NCBI GenBank assembly: GCA_965197585.1
Contig: OZ240215.1
Location: 2,304,001 to 2,368,000, forward strand
Reading direction: 5' to 3'
Source: Dehalococcoidia bacterium
GTDB taxonomy: Bacteria; Chloroflexota; Dehalococcoidia; Plut-88900
DNA length: 64,000 bases
The notes under the pieces: model-generated
Database searches by the model: none
The model's input: only the letters and a program-made list of their open reading frames with translations
What the model was told of the DNA's origin: nothing
Shown: in pieces, positions 9,269 to 19,359 of the stretch
How positions within the stretch are numbered: position 1 is the first letter of the stretch
How the letters are laid out: every line of letters begins with the position of its first letter
Program-made: the position numbers and the translations under genes

Positions 9269-10417
9269 ATGCGATCCAGGCCCGATATTGAGTACGTCGC
9301 AGATTCCGACGCCCTGCAACGCATCACCAACGATATACTTCGCAGCCCCTTCGTCAGCGTCGACACCGAGTCCAACGGCTTCTTCCGCTATCCCGAACGC
9401 GTCTGCCTCGTCCAGATGGCCACCGACACCGGCTGCTACCTGGTAGACCCCCTTGCCGTAGATATTGCCGAACTCCTTGGCAGCATTCTCCATGACCCTT
9501 CCATCAAGAAGATCCTACACAGTGGAGATAACGACATCCGTACGCTCGACAGGGAATGGGGCCTCACCATCGTCAATCTCTACGATACCTCCATCGGGGC
9601 AAGGTTTCTCGGGCTGGAGAAGCTGGGTCTCGGCAATGTCGCCGAGGAGGTCATCGGGCTAAAGTTGGCCAAGGACAAGCGTCTCCAACGCGCCGATTGG
9701 GGCCTGAGACCCCTGTCTGATGAGGCCCTGGAATATGCCGCCTCCGACGTGTTGCACCTCAAACGGCTCATGGATGAGCTCGTCCGCCGCACCGACGCCC
9801 TCGGGCGCAGCGAGTGGGTCGAAGAAGAGTGCCGCCGCTTCGAGGATGTGCGCTACTCCCCTCCCGACGAACCACAGAGAGCTTTCATATCCATCAAGGG
9901 AAACTCAGGGCTGGACGGCAGGGGCTTGGCCATACTACGTGAGCTGGCCGTTTTCCGTGAGTCTGCGGCGCTCAAGTTGGGCCGCCCGACATTCCGCGTC
10001 ATGCCAGACCAAGCCCTGGCGGCGATAGCCCAGGACCCGAATGCCGACCTGAAGAGCATCTCGGGAATTGGGCAATACGGGGTACGTCGGTACGGCAAGG
10101 CAATAGCCAAGGCGGTGGCCAAAGGCATGGCGTCTGAGCCCGTGGATCGACGTGCCTTCCGAAAACCCTCCCCCCCGAGGCCATCCCACGAGCAGATGTC
10201 CAACCTCAAACAGCTCAAAGTCTGGCGCTCTGCGCAGGCAAAGGAGTTGTCACTGGACCAGTCGCTTATATGGCCCGCCGACAGCCTGGATAGACTGGCT
10301 CGCGGCCCCTCAACACTCGACGAAGAAATGCATGCCCCCGAAGTGCGCCGATGGCAAGTCTCCCGATTCGCCGAATCCTTGCACCACACCGCCAAACGCC
10401 TCCACCCAACCGGCTAA
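9269..10417 (+). CDS. rnd: Ribonuclease D / 3'-5' exonuclease with HRDC domain
   Basis: VDTES, CLVQ, KILHSGDND, YDTSIGA, QRADWGLRPL, YAASDV; C-terminal HRDC. Confidence 0.88.
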   Translation: MRSRPDIEYVADSDALQRITNDILRSPFVSVDTESNGFFRYPERVCLVQMATDTGCYLVDPLAVDIAELLGSILHDPSIKKILHSGDNDIRTLDREWGLTIVNLYDTSIGARFLGLEKLGLGNVAEEVIGLKLAKDKRLQRADWGLRPLSDEALEYAASDVLHLKRLMDELVRRTDALGRSEWVEEECRRFEDVRYSPPDEPQRAFISIKGNSGLDGRGLAILRELAVFRESAALKLGRPTFRVMPDQALAAIAQDPNADLKSISGIGQYGVRRYGKAIAKAVAKGMASEPVDRRAFRKPSPPRPSHEQMSNLKQLKVWRSAQAKELSLDQSLIWPADSLDRLARGPSTLDEEMHAPEVRRWQVSRFAESLHHTAKRLHPTG

Positions 10418-10529
10418 CCCAAAATGGCCAATTCTGCCCTTGATTCACCAGATGGAGGTAATCCGCCAACATGCTAGAATCAACCCCCTCCGAGTGCACA
10501 CTGGGTAGAGAGGTCTCGCACGTTAAGAT

Positions 10530-12557
10530 TTGGAAATGAAAGCGGATATCTCAATTTCGACGCTGAATTCTGCCGACGCGGATTCTGTTGACCAACTTAT
10601 GAAGCGTAATAGCAATACGCTTGGCTTCCTTCCTTTAGTTGTTATTGAGGATCACCTCAACAAGAGGTCGGTATTGGGAGCCAAGGATTTGGACGGCCAA
10701 CTGCTTGGTTACCTTTTATACGCGGCCTATCCAAACCGTTTCCGCATTGCCCATCTCTGCGTCTCGCGTGAGACCAGGGGTCAGGGCCTTGCGGGGAGGC
10801 TAATAGAGGCTCTGATTGAGACCGCAACAACACAGACGATTATCACACTTAGCTGCCGCAATGATTTCGAGGCCCATAAAATGTGGCCAAAGCTCGGGTT
10901 CGCCGCATTGTACGAGAAGGCTGGTAGATCTAAGGAAGGCCTTCCCCTAACCGTGTGGCGTCGTATTATTGCGCTCGATAATCAACTTGGCCTCTTTCAG
11001 GCAAATGTATCAGATGAGGTACTAGATGTCATAATCGACGCCCAGATATTTTTCGACTTCGATGCCCCTCTCAGCGAGCATGCACAGCCTTCCAAAACAC
11101 TGCTGTCAGACTTCTTTATCGATTCGATCAATCTTTGGATAACCGATGAGTTGTTAACCGAAATCAGTCGTAACGACAACCCGGAGGGCCGTGACAATCG
11201 CAGATCGAGGGCCTACGAGTTTCCTGAAGTGAAGTATGATCCTCAGTACTTGGAGTACTTTGTGGAGTTGTTGAAGGGCATTCTACCGAATAGTAATCCA
11301 AGTCAGATGTCAGACATATATCATCTTGCTAAGGCAGCATCCTCCGATGTTCATGTCTTCATTACCAGGGATAATCTCTTATTGAACAAGGCCGAACAAA
11401 TCCACGCGTTGGTAAACGTGGAAGTCATTTCTCCAACTGCCTTGATTCTTAGGGCACGCGAACTTTCCGAGAAGCAAACCCCAGTGCCTGATCGAGTTGC
11501 CGGACTTGGCTTGGAATGGAGACACCTTAACTCGAGTGACTTCACCGCATTCCCATTCCAAAGATTCCTTCTTCAAGGAGAAAAACTAAATCAATTACGA
11601 CAAAGATTGGGTTATCTGTTAGCCAGTCAATCGTCCGATGAATTGGAAGTGCTTTGGGCTCAGAATGAGCCGGTTGCCTTTCGGATTTTGAAAGCGGATG
11701 GGTCAAACTCCCTTATTTTGTCATTGGGTAGAGTTGAAAACTCTAGAGATCAGTCGCTGCTTGGAGGCTTCCTAGTTTCGGATGTCGTTTACAGGGCGAT
11801 GCGCAAAGGTTTGAGCATGGTTAAGGTTAAGGCCGATGCACTCCCACGAAACCTAATCCACAACCTTTCCTATATGGGTTTTATTGAGTGCAACGGTGAC
11901 TTTTTGAGATTTTGCTTTGCCCAGTATTTGGATCGTGAGGATGCTCTAACCGAAATCGGCAATTTGGCTCCTGCAGCTGTGGAATCCTACCAAAGTATTT
12001 CGGCTTCTGAGTTTGACTGCCATTGCTCGCCCCTATTGTCCAACGTGAATCAGAATTGCTCCCTGGTGCCGATTCGGCAGAGATATGCACTTAACCTCTT
12101 CGATAGAGCATTGTCAGCACAAGGCTTATTCGGGGGCGACGAGAACCTACTTATGCGATGGAGCAACATTTACTATCGAAGAAACAATCGTCAGAAAATG
12201 TTTCAGGCACCTGGACGCATCCTCTGGTATGTAAGTGGAACCAGGAAAGCCATTGTAGCTGTATCACATCTTGACGAAGTCGTAATAGATATCCCAAAAG
12301 AGCTCTTTCGTAGGTTTAGAAAAATTGGCACGTTAGCATGGGAGGATCTTTACGAGCTCTGTGATGGTGATGTCTCTAAAAGGCTTATGGCTTTGCGGTT
12401 TTCTCACACCTTTCCATTACAGACAGAGGTTCCTCTAAAAGAAATAAAGAGGGTGTTTAATGACGATGGATTTGGCGTATCAGTACAAGGGCCAATCAGG
12501 GTGCCTTGCAGCAGTCTCAGAAGGCTATATCAACTAGGATATCCTGGGAGACAATGA
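10530..12557 (+). CDS. GNAT acetyltransferase - PIN - degenerate GNAT - EVE/ASCH(PUA)-like multidomain protein
   Basis: HLCVSRETRGQGLA (acetyl-CoA motif); IIDAQIFFD...SDIYHLAKA...FITRD (PIN acidic residues); C-terminal LVPIRQRYA..YYR..PGRILWYVS; AT-richer than flanks. Confidence 0.75.
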   Translation: MEMKADISISTLNSADADSVDQLMKRNSNTLGFLPLVVIEDHLNKRSVLGAKDLDGQLLGYLLYAAYPNRFRIAHLCVSRETRGQGLAGRLIEALIETATTQTIITLSCRNDFEAHKMWPKLGFAALYEKAGRSKEGLPLTVWRRIIALDNQLGLFQANVSDEVLDVIIDAQIFFDFDAPLSEHAQPSKTLLSDFFIDSINLWITDELLTEISRNDNPEGRDNRRSRAYEFPEVKYDPQYLEYFVELLKGILPNSNPSQMSDIYHLAKAASSDVHVFITRDNLLLNKAEQIHALVNVEVISPTALILRARELSEKQTPVPDRVAGLGLEWRHLNSSDFTAFPFQRFLLQGEKLNQLRQRLGYLLASQSSDELEVLWAQNEPVAFRILKADGSNSLILSLGRVENSRDQSLLGGFLVSDVVYRAMRKGLSMVKVKADALPRNLIHNLSYMGFIECNGDFLRFCFAQYLDREDALTEIGNLAPAAVESYQSISASEFDCHCSPLLSNVNQNCSLVPIRQRYALNLFDRALSAQGLFGGDENLLMRWSNIYYRRNNRQKMFQAPGRILWYVSGTRKAIVAVSHLDEVVIDIPKELFRRFRKIGTLAWEDLYELCDGDVSKRLMALRFSHTFPLQTEVPLKEIKRVFNDDGFGVSVQGPIRVPCSSLRRLYQLGYPGRQ

Positions 12558-13021
12558 ATTCACTATCAAAGTCTCTTTTGCTGTCAGTAAAACCGCAATA
12601 TTCTGAATTGATTTTCGCTGGGCGCAAGAGGGCTGAATTAAGGCGAACTAGCCCACCGGATATGGAGAGTCGTGAGGCGTTTATTTATGTCACTAGTCCT
12701 GTGATGCAGCTTACCGGCGGATTCCATGTCGACGAAGTACTAGCCGGAACTCCAGAAGAGGTATGGAGCAAGGTGGCTCACTACGCTGGCGTTCCTAAGT
12801 CAGAATTCGATGCATATTACGCGGGGCGGTCAGTTGCCTATGCTCTAAAGATCACTGAAGTATGGCAATATGAGCATCCGGTCAGGTTGGCTGAATTGAG
12901 GGACAGGTTCGATAACTTCGTGGTTCCCCAGTCCTGGCGATATGTGACGCCTGAAGAACAAACTTCTTTCAAGGAAATGCAGCGAATCTCTTGTGCTTCA
13001 AACCATTACAGGGGACTGTGA
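12554..13021 (+). CDS. ASCH-domain protein
   Basis: LLSVKPQYSELIFAGRKRAELRR, IYVTSPV, PQSWRYV; ATGA overlap with the upstream stop. Confidence 0.88.
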   Translation: MNSLSKSLLLSVKPQYSELIFAGRKRAELRRTSPPDMESREAFIYVTSPVMQLTGGFHVDEVLAGTPEEVWSKVAHYAGVPKSEFDAYYAGRSVAYALKITEVWQYEHPVRLAELRDRFDNFVVPQSWRYVTPEEQTSFKEMQRISCASNHYRGL

Positions 13022-13881
13022 ATGGAGCCCAAATTCTCCAATATCTTCGTAATCGAATACCCCCGATTCAGAGCGTAGAAGTGAATCCCTTCCACCCCGT
13101 TAGCCTTCAAATCGGCAATTTGAGCAGTGGCCAACTCGATTCCCAGCTCCCGCACCGCATTATCATCCTCTCCGAGCTTGTCCAGCCGACCATCAATCTC
13201 CCGGGGGATGGCTGAGCCACACAGCGCCGTGAACCGGCGTATCTGAGCACCGGTCAGGATCGGTAACACCCCGGCAATCACAGGCACTCCTATCCCCGAC
13301 CCCCGCGCCATCTCCAAAAACCGGTAGAAGTCCGAGTTATCGAAGAACAACTGGGTTATCAGGTACTCAGCTCCCCCGTCCACCTTGCGCTTCACGTACT
13401 CTATGTCCGTGCGAAGGTCCGGGGCCTCCGGATGGCCTTCCGGGTAGCACGCCGCAGCGAGACCGAAGTCGAAGTTGCTGCGTATGTGCCTGAGCAGGTC
13501 GGTCGCGTGTGGAAACCCGTTCTCAACGGGCGAGAAAGCATCCTGCCCCCGAGGCGGATCGCCGCGCAGTGCAATCACGTTCTCGATACCCCCGGCCTCG
13601 TATCGAGCCAGAACTTGGTGGACCTCGTCCCGAGACTGGGCAGAGCAGGTAACGTGTGCCATGACCAGCAGCCGCTCCTCCTCCTTGATCCGCAGCGCCA
13701 GCTCCTCAGTCATGGTCTTCGTCGATCCACCCGCCCCGTAAGTCATCGACACGAAGTCGGGCGAGAAGCGTTTGAGGTTCTTAATTGTCCTGTAGAGAGA
13801 GGTCACTCCGGCGGGTGTCTTGGGAGGGAAGAACTCGAACGAGAGGGTGGGTCGGGTGGAGAGGATGTCGATAATCTTCAT
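13006..13881 (-). CDS. metF: Methylenetetrahydrofolate reductase
   Basis: SFEFFPPKT, SMTYGAGGST, ALRGDPP, ACYPEGH, ITQLFFDN, GIHFYALNR. Confidence 0.95.
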   Translation of the reverse strand: MKIIDILSTRPTLSFEFFPPKTPAGVTSLYRTIKNLKRFSPDFVSMTYGAGGSTKTMTEELALRIKEEERLLVMAHVTCSAQSRDEVHQVLARYEAGGIENVIALRGDPPRGQDAFSPVENGFPHATDLLRHIRSNFDFGLAAACYPEGHPEAPDLRTDIEYVKRKVDGGAEYLITQLFFDNSDFYRFLEMARGSGIGVPVIAGVLPILTGAQIRRFTALCGSAIPREIDGRLDKLGEDDNAVRELGIELATAQIADLKANGVEGIHFYALNRGYSITKILENLGSIHSPL

Positions 13882-13907
13882 GCGGGCCGTTGCCCCTACT
13901 CGCTTTT

Positions 13908-14528
13908 CTAGCTGGTAACGACCGCGATGTCGTATTCCAAGCCCGCGTGGTTAAACCATCGGGCTAGGTAGTGAGCGAAGCTGCGTCGCACCACAACGTC
14001 GTAGGTCGGCCTATCGTCAACTTGAATGATCAGGGCGTTGGACTTGGCTATGTGGCTCTGGGCGCACTGCCCGGCCCCGAACGCCCGAGGGTGTAGGTCC
14101 AACGGGCATCCCTTGTTCAGCAGATCCCTCGCCCGTGCCCCGCGCAACCTGATGATCGTCTGTCCGCCCGATATATCATTCACCGAAACATGTAGCGCCG
14201 TCAGCGCCTCTTGCAACTTGGCGGCAAGCCCATCTTTAACATCGGGGGGAGAGACTACTAGCCATTCATCGGGCCCCAGCCATGCAATTAACATATCCCC
14301 GACCCGCGACACCGTGTTGGGCTCAATCGGCGCCCGAGCCCCAATAACACGCTCGACTCCGGCCTGAAACGCCTCGTCGGTCCCATCTCCTCGCAGATTG
14401 ACGTGCCCCCAAAAGGCTCGTTCCCCCATCTCGACGCCCCGCGATTCGTCGGCCTCAACGGGCGGGTGGTCGGCAAGGAACTCCACCAGGGGAGACCCCC
14501 GGCGCATTTCACTGGATTCGCTAGACAT
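13908..14528 (-). CDS. soxG: Sarcosine oxidase gamma subunit
   Basis: WLGPDEWLV, GCPLDLHP, VRRSFAHY; position in the sox operon. Confidence 0.92.
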   Translation of the reverse strand: MSSESSEMRRGSPLVEFLADHPPVEADESRGVEMGERAFWGHVNLRGDGTDEAFQAGVERVIGARAPIEPNTVSRVGDMLIAWLGPDEWLVVSPPDVKDGLAAKLQEALTALHVSVNDISGGQTIIRLRGARARDLLNKGCPLDLHPRAFGAGQCAQSHIAKSNALIIQVDDRPTYDVVVRRSFAHYLARWFNHAGLEYDIAVVTS

Positions 14529-17500
14529 TCTGCCGCTCGTTCTTCGGGTCGTAGAACACAGGATTGGTTACCCTCGCCGTTATCGAATTGCCGTCGTGGA
14601 GCGGTATGTACACCCGTTGCCCCATTCGCGCTTTGCCTCCCTTGACCAGCGCCAAGGCGACAGGATGCCCAAGAGATGCGCTGTAATAGCTCGAAGTCAC
14701 GTGCCCTATCATCTTGATCGGGATCGGGCCCCGAGGATCTTCCACTATTTGCGCCCCGTCCGGTATCACCCTGACCGGATACTCCGATTTCAGCCCCACA
14801 AGTTGCTTCCTGTCCTTCCTCACAATGTCCGGCCGGGACAGCGACCTCTTCCCCAAAAAGTCCTTCCGTTTCGACACCAGCCAGTCCAGCCCAAGGTCCG
14901 ATGGTGTCACCGTCCCGTCCGTGTCCTGCCCGACGATTATGAACGCCTTTTCCGCTCGGAGAATGTGCATCGTCTCAGTGCCATAGGGCGTGATCCCGAA
15001 CTCCGCCCCCGCCTCCATCACCGACTCCCAGACGTGGAGCCCGTAGTCCGCGGGCACGTTTATCTCGAACGTGAGCTCGCCGCTGAAGCTGATGCGGAAC
15101 ACCCGCGCCCGCACCCCGGCCACGGTTCCCTCCCTGAACGACAGGAACGGGAAGGCCTCGCGGGAAAATTCAATGTCGCTGCATATCTTGGCCACCGTGT
15201 CCCGGGCCTTCGGCCCGACAACGGACATCGTAGACCACTGATCGGTGACGGAAGTGAGATATACTTGCAGTTCAGGCCATTCGGTCTGCTGCCACTGTTC
15301 CAGCCAGGACATGACGTTGGCCGCACCACCGGTGGTGGTGAACATATGAAAGCGTCCTGGGGATATGCGGGCGGAGACGCCGTCGTCCATCACCATTCCA
15401 TCCTCCCCGAGCATCAACCCATATCGCGCACGGCCCTCCCCGAGCTTCAGCCAGTTGTTGGAATAGACCCGGTTCAGGAATTCCGCCGCGTCCGGCCCCC
15501 GAACGTCGATCTTCCCCAGCGTCGACTGGTCCAATATAGCCACGGCATGCCGAGCGGAGAGGCATTCCCGGTTCAACGCATCCTGCATCGACTCCCCAGG
15601 TTTCGGGTAATACCACGGTCTCTTCCACTGCCCCACGTTCTCGAACAGAGCTCCGTGGGCCACGTGCCAGGGATGAATCGCCGTCTTTCGCACGGCGTCC
15701 AGCATCTCCCCGACTTCCCCACCCGCAATCGCCCCGAAGGTAACCGGCGCATAGGGCTGCCGAAACGTAACTCCCCCCACTTCGGTAATGTCCTTGCCGA
15801 GGTAGTCGGCCAGCACCCCCATCCCGATTACGTTGCCCAGCTTCCCCTGGTCGGTCCCGAACCCGAGCGTCGTGTACCGGTTCAGCAGCGGCACTGAGTC
15901 ATAGCCCTCTTTGGCGGCCAGTACCACGTCACCCGCGCTCACGTCCTCTTGCAGGTCGATGAACTGCTTGTGTTCGTGAACGGGGTCCTTGCGTGAAGGC
16001 GCCAACCAGACGGTCTTGGGCGGCTCTTCCGTCACGTCGTCGGTTGCCGGAAGCGGGGTCTGCACAACGCCATCCCCGAAACCCGCCCCCCGAGCCGCCC
16101 CCGCACCCGCGGCTAACCCGTCGCCAATGCACGATGCCAGGTCGAAAGCCCCTGCACACGCCCCGACGCTCCTCTCCCGCTGCACCGATTCACCCGGCAC
16201 GAACGCTCCCCGGTTCTCGTCGAATCGTACCTTTCCACCCGACTGTGAGTGAAGGTGTACCGTCGGGTTCCACCCCCCGGAAACCGCAAGTAGATCGCAG
16301 TCTAAGGTCTTCGCATTCCCCCGCACTCCCGTGCCCCTCTGGTCCAAGTCCATGATCACCACACCCTTCACCTTCTTCACACCCTTAACATCCACAATGG
16401 CATGGCTTCCAATAACATGGATTCCCTTGTCCCTAACGAGGGCAGGCAGCGCACCCTGTGGGTTGGGACGGAGGTCTACCACCGCCCTGATTTCCGCGCC
16501 TGCGTCGGCCAGGTCCAGCGCAGTGCGATATCCACTGTCGTTGTTCGTGAACAGTACTGCCCTGCGTCCTGGAAGGACGGCATAACGATTGATGTAGCTC
16601 GACACAGCAGAGGTGAGCATCACCCCCGGCACGTCGTTGTTGGGAAATATCAACGGTCTCTCGAAAGAGCCCGCGGCTATTACAACCTGTTTTGCCCGGA
16701 CCCTCCAGATGCGCTCGTTGGGGTGGTGGGGATGGGAAGCAGCCTGCTCCGGGGTGAAAGACTGAGCTATCGCAAGGAAATTGTGATCGTAATACCCGAA
16801 CACCGAGCTCCGAGGCATCAACTTCACTTCCGGCATCTCCGAAAGTTTCCTGACAGCATCCTCAATCCATTGTTGGGCAGGCAGTCCATCTATCGTTCGA
16901 CGAGAAGACAAAAGACTCCCTCCGAACTCGGCGCCGTCGTCGGCCAATATGACCCGAGCCCCCGTCGCTCCCGCCTCCAGCGCCGCCGCGAGGCCCGACG
17001 GCCCTCCCCCGGCAATCAGAACGTCGCAATGAGCGTTCATCCGGTCGTATTTGTCGGGGTCCGGGGCCCGAGGTGATTCCCCAAGTCCCGCGGCCTTGCG
17101 AATGATCCCTTCATATGTCTTCCACATACTGTGGGGCCACATGAACGTCTTGTAATAGAAGCCGGGAGGCAGGAATCGGGTCAGCTTGCTGTTAATGGCG
17201 GCGAAGTCATGATTCACACTGGGCCAGCAGTTGACGCTCTTCAGTACCATGCCATCGGAGAGTTGCACCTCCGTAGCCCGGAGGTTGGGAGTTGTGCGCG
17301 CTCCCGTGCCGGCCTGCAGCAGTGCGTTCGGCTCCTCCAGCCCCGCCCCCACGATCCCCCGAGGCCGGTGATACTTGAAGCTCCGCCCGACGAGGTGCAC
17401 TCCATTGGCCAGCAGCGCCGACGCCGCAGTGTCGCCTTCGTAACCGCGGTAAGTGCGCCCATTGAATACGAAGGTCAGCGGCCTGTCCCGGTTGATACGG

Positions 17501-17544
17501 CCCCCGCTATCAAGGCGGAAAGGTTGAGGCTTATTGCGAGCCAT
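14521..17544 (-). CDS. soxA: Sarcosine oxidase alpha subunit
   Basis: GDTAASALLANG, RSFKYHRPRG, GFYYKTFMWP, GTDQGKLG, GcvT-like C-terminal domain; start at MARNKP. Confidence 0.95.
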   Translation of the reverse strand: MARNKPQPFRLDSGGRINRDRPLTFVFNGRTYRGYEGDTAASALLANGVHLVGRSFKYHRPRGIVGAGLEEPNALLQAGTGARTTPNLRATEVQLSDGMVLKSVNCWPSVNHDFAAINSKLTRFLPPGFYYKTFMWPHSMWKTYEGIIRKAAGLGESPRAPDPDKYDRMNAHCDVLIAGGGPSGLAAALEAGATGARVILADDGAEFGGSLLSSRRTIDGLPAQQWIEDAVRKLSEMPEVKLMPRSSVFGYYDHNFLAIAQSFTPEQAASHPHHPNERIWRVRAKQVVIAAGSFERPLIFPNNDVPGVMLTSAVSSYINRYAVLPGRRAVLFTNNDSGYRTALDLADAGAEIRAVVDLRPNPQGALPALVRDKGIHVIGSHAIVDVKGVKKVKGVVIMDLDQRGTGVRGNAKTLDCDLLAVSGGWNPTVHLHSQSGGKVRFDENRGAFVPGESVQRERSVGACAGAFDLASCIGDGLAAGAGAARGAGFGDGVVQTPLPATDDVTEEPPKTVWLAPSRKDPVHEHKQFIDLQEDVSAGDVVLAAKEGYDSVPLLNRYTTLGFGTDQGKLGNVIGMGVLADYLGKDITEVGGVTFRQPYAPVTFGAIAGGEVGEMLDAVRKTAIHPWHVAHGALFENVGQWKRPWYYPKPGESMQDALNRECLSARHAVAILDQSTLGKIDVRGPDAAEFLNRVYSNNWLKLGEGRARYGLMLGEDGMVMDDGVSARISPGRFHMFTTTGGAANVMSWLEQWQQTEWPELQVYLTSVTDQWSTMSVVGPKARDTVAKICSDIEFSREAFPFLSFREGTVAGVRARVFRISFSGELTFEINVPADYGLHVWESVMEAGAEFGITPYGTETMHILRAEKAFIIVGQDTDGTVTPSDLGLDWLVSKRKDFLGKRSLSRPDIVRKDRKQLVGLKSEYPVRVIPDGAQIVEDPRGPIPIKMIGHVTSSYYSASLGHPVALALVKGGKARMGQRVYIPLHDGNSITARVTNPVFYDPKNERQNV

Positions 17545-17833
17545 CCTGCTCCTGTCTCCCCTCCCCCGGCGGTTGTTCACCCGTCTTGTACACCGACTTG
17601 ATTACGTAGCTGACCGTATCCCTCTCTGCGTTAAACCAGCGCCGGCACCCGGCGCTGTGCATCCATCTCTCCCGGTAGAGACCGCTGGTGTTGGTCTGCC
17701 CAAACAGGTAATGACTCCATTCCTCGTCGGAAAGCTCGTTCGGGGCCAGGGGCCGAGCTATGTGCGCCTCTCCGCCATAGGAGAACTCGGTCTCTTCCCG
17801 GGGTCCGCAATATGGGCATTCTATGTAAAACAT
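17531..17833 (-). CDS. soxD: Sarcosine oxidase delta subunit
   Basis: IECPYCGPREETEF...ERWMHSAGCRRWFNAERDT zinc motif. Confidence 0.95.
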   Translation of the reverse strand: MFYIECPYCGPREETEFSYGGEAHIARPLAPNELSDEEWSHYLFGQTNTSGLYRERWMHSAGCRRWFNAERDTVSYVIKSVYKTGEQPPGEGRQEQDGSQ

Positions 17834-17849
17834 GATCGTGTCCCGATTC

Positions 17850-19100
17850 TCAGTGCGCCACCGCCGCTGCCCCGTGCTCATCGATAAGCTCTCCCGTGAC
17901 GAACCTGTCCAGCGTAAAGGGAGCATTCAGTTCGTGGGGCTGGTCCTGAGCGATCGTGTGCGCATATACCCACCCCGACCCCGGCGTTGACTTGAAACCG
18001 CCCGTGCCCCAGCCACAGTTCACGTACAGCCCCTTCACCGGAGTCTTCCCGATAATCGGGCTGGCGTCGGGGCAGATGTCCACTGCCCCACCCCAGTGTC
18101 TCAGAAGCCGCAATCGGCTGAATATCGGGAACATCTCCACCACAGCCTCGACAGTCTCCTCCACGACCGAGTAGCTGCCCCTCATCCCGTAGCCGCTATA
18201 TGAGTCAATTCCCGCGCCTATGATCAGTTCCCCCTTGTCGGTCTGGCTGACATAGGCGTGTACGGCGTTGGACATTACAACGCTATCGATGATCGGCTTG
18301 ATCGGCTCCGAGACCAGGGCCTGCAAAGGGTGCGTGGATATGGGAAGCCGGATACCCGCCATGTCGGCGAGAACGGTGGTGTTGCCCGCTACGGCCAGGG
18401 CCACCTTCCCAGCCTTTATCACACCCCGAGTCGTATCGACCCCCGTGACCTCTCCATTGGTGACCTGAATGCCGGTCACTTCGCAGTTCTGGATGATGTC
18501 GATGCCCCGCGCGTCCGCCGCCCGAGCGTATCCCCAGGCCACCGCATCATGCCGCGCCGTCCCTCCCCTCTTCTGGTACGAGGCCCCCAGCACGGGATAC
18601 CGTATGTCCGGCGAGGTGTTGAGGACCGGCACCAGCTCAGCGACTTGGCGCGTATCCAGAAGCTCGGCGTCAATGCCATTCAGCTTGTTGGAGTTGACCC
18701 TCCGCGCCGTGTCTCTAAGCTCCTGCAGGTTGTGGCACAGGTTTAGCACACCTCGTTGGCTGAACATCAGGTTGAAGTTCAACTCCTGGCTCAGTCCCTC
18801 CCAAAGCTTCATCGCGTGCTCGTATAGGAAGGAGGTCTCGTCCCACAGGTAGTTGGACCGGACTATCGTCGTGTTCCTCCCTACACTCCCGCCCCCCAGG
18901 TACCCCTTCTCGACCACTGCCACATCCGTAATCCCGTGATTCTTGGCCAGGTAATATGCGGTTGCCAGCCCGTGTCCCCCCGCGCCCACTATTACAACGT
19001 CGTAGCGCTCTTTAGGCTGAGGGCTGCGCCACACCCGAGGCCAGTTCTCGTGGTGGCTGAACGAGTTGCGTATCAGGTTTAGGAAAGAATAGTTCTTCAT
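17850..19100 (-). CDS. soxB: Sarcosine oxidase beta subunit
   Basis: [54 protein letters not shown]; start MKNYSF at 19100. Confidence 0.96.
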   Translation of the reverse strand: MKNYSFLNLIRNSFSHHENWPRVWRSPQPKERYDVVIVGAGGHGLATAYYLAKNHGITDVAVVEKGYLGGGSVGRNTTIVRSNYLWDETSFLYEHAMKLWEGLSQELNFNLMFSQRGVLNLCHNLQELRDTARRVNSNKLNGIDAELLDTRQVAELVPVLNTSPDIRYPVLGASYQKRGGTARHDAVAWGYARAADARGIDIIQNCEVTGIQVTNGEVTGVDTTRGVIKAGKVALAVAGNTTVLADMAGIRLPISTHPLQALVSEPIKPIIDSVVMSNAVHAYVSQTDKGELIIGAGIDSYSGYGMRGSYSVVEETVEAVVEMFPIFSRLRLLRHWGGAVDICPDASPIIGKTPVKGLYVNCGWGTGGFKSTPGSGWVYAHTIAQDQPHELNAPFTLDRFVTGELIDEHGAAAVAH

Positions 19101-19170
19101 ATACGAATGCCAAATCCGCGCGGAGAGCAGACGCGATGATATTTGTACACCATTCCCAATGTCAATCAAC

Positions 19171-19279
19171 CGAAGTGTTATCTGTAAATATCCGACAGCG
19201 CCTGTCATCCTCTCCGCAATGGTGTTTGTAGGCCGAGGCTCAGGTGAGGCCGGTGGAAGTAGTGGCGGTGGGGAAACTC
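19171..19279. repeat. Direct repeat R1 flanking the methyltransferase gene
   Basis: Aligns with 20398-20496: cgaagtgtt..gtaaatat.cgacag..ctgtc.tcctctcc...ttgtag.ccgaggctc.ggtgagg...gtggcgg...gaaactc. Confidence 0.75.
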
Positions 19280-19359
19280 CTCTCGCGACGTAATGAAACC
19301 TCGTGGCGTTTCCAACATTCACTGAAACTAGTACTATATGTTTTATGAGAAACGCTGCC

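Noticed and set aside
14398-15897. 499-aa plus-strand ORF and other long antisense ORFs (e.g. 2137-3105, 56102-57019)
   Set aside because: Shadow frames opposite well-supported genes in GC-rich DNA.
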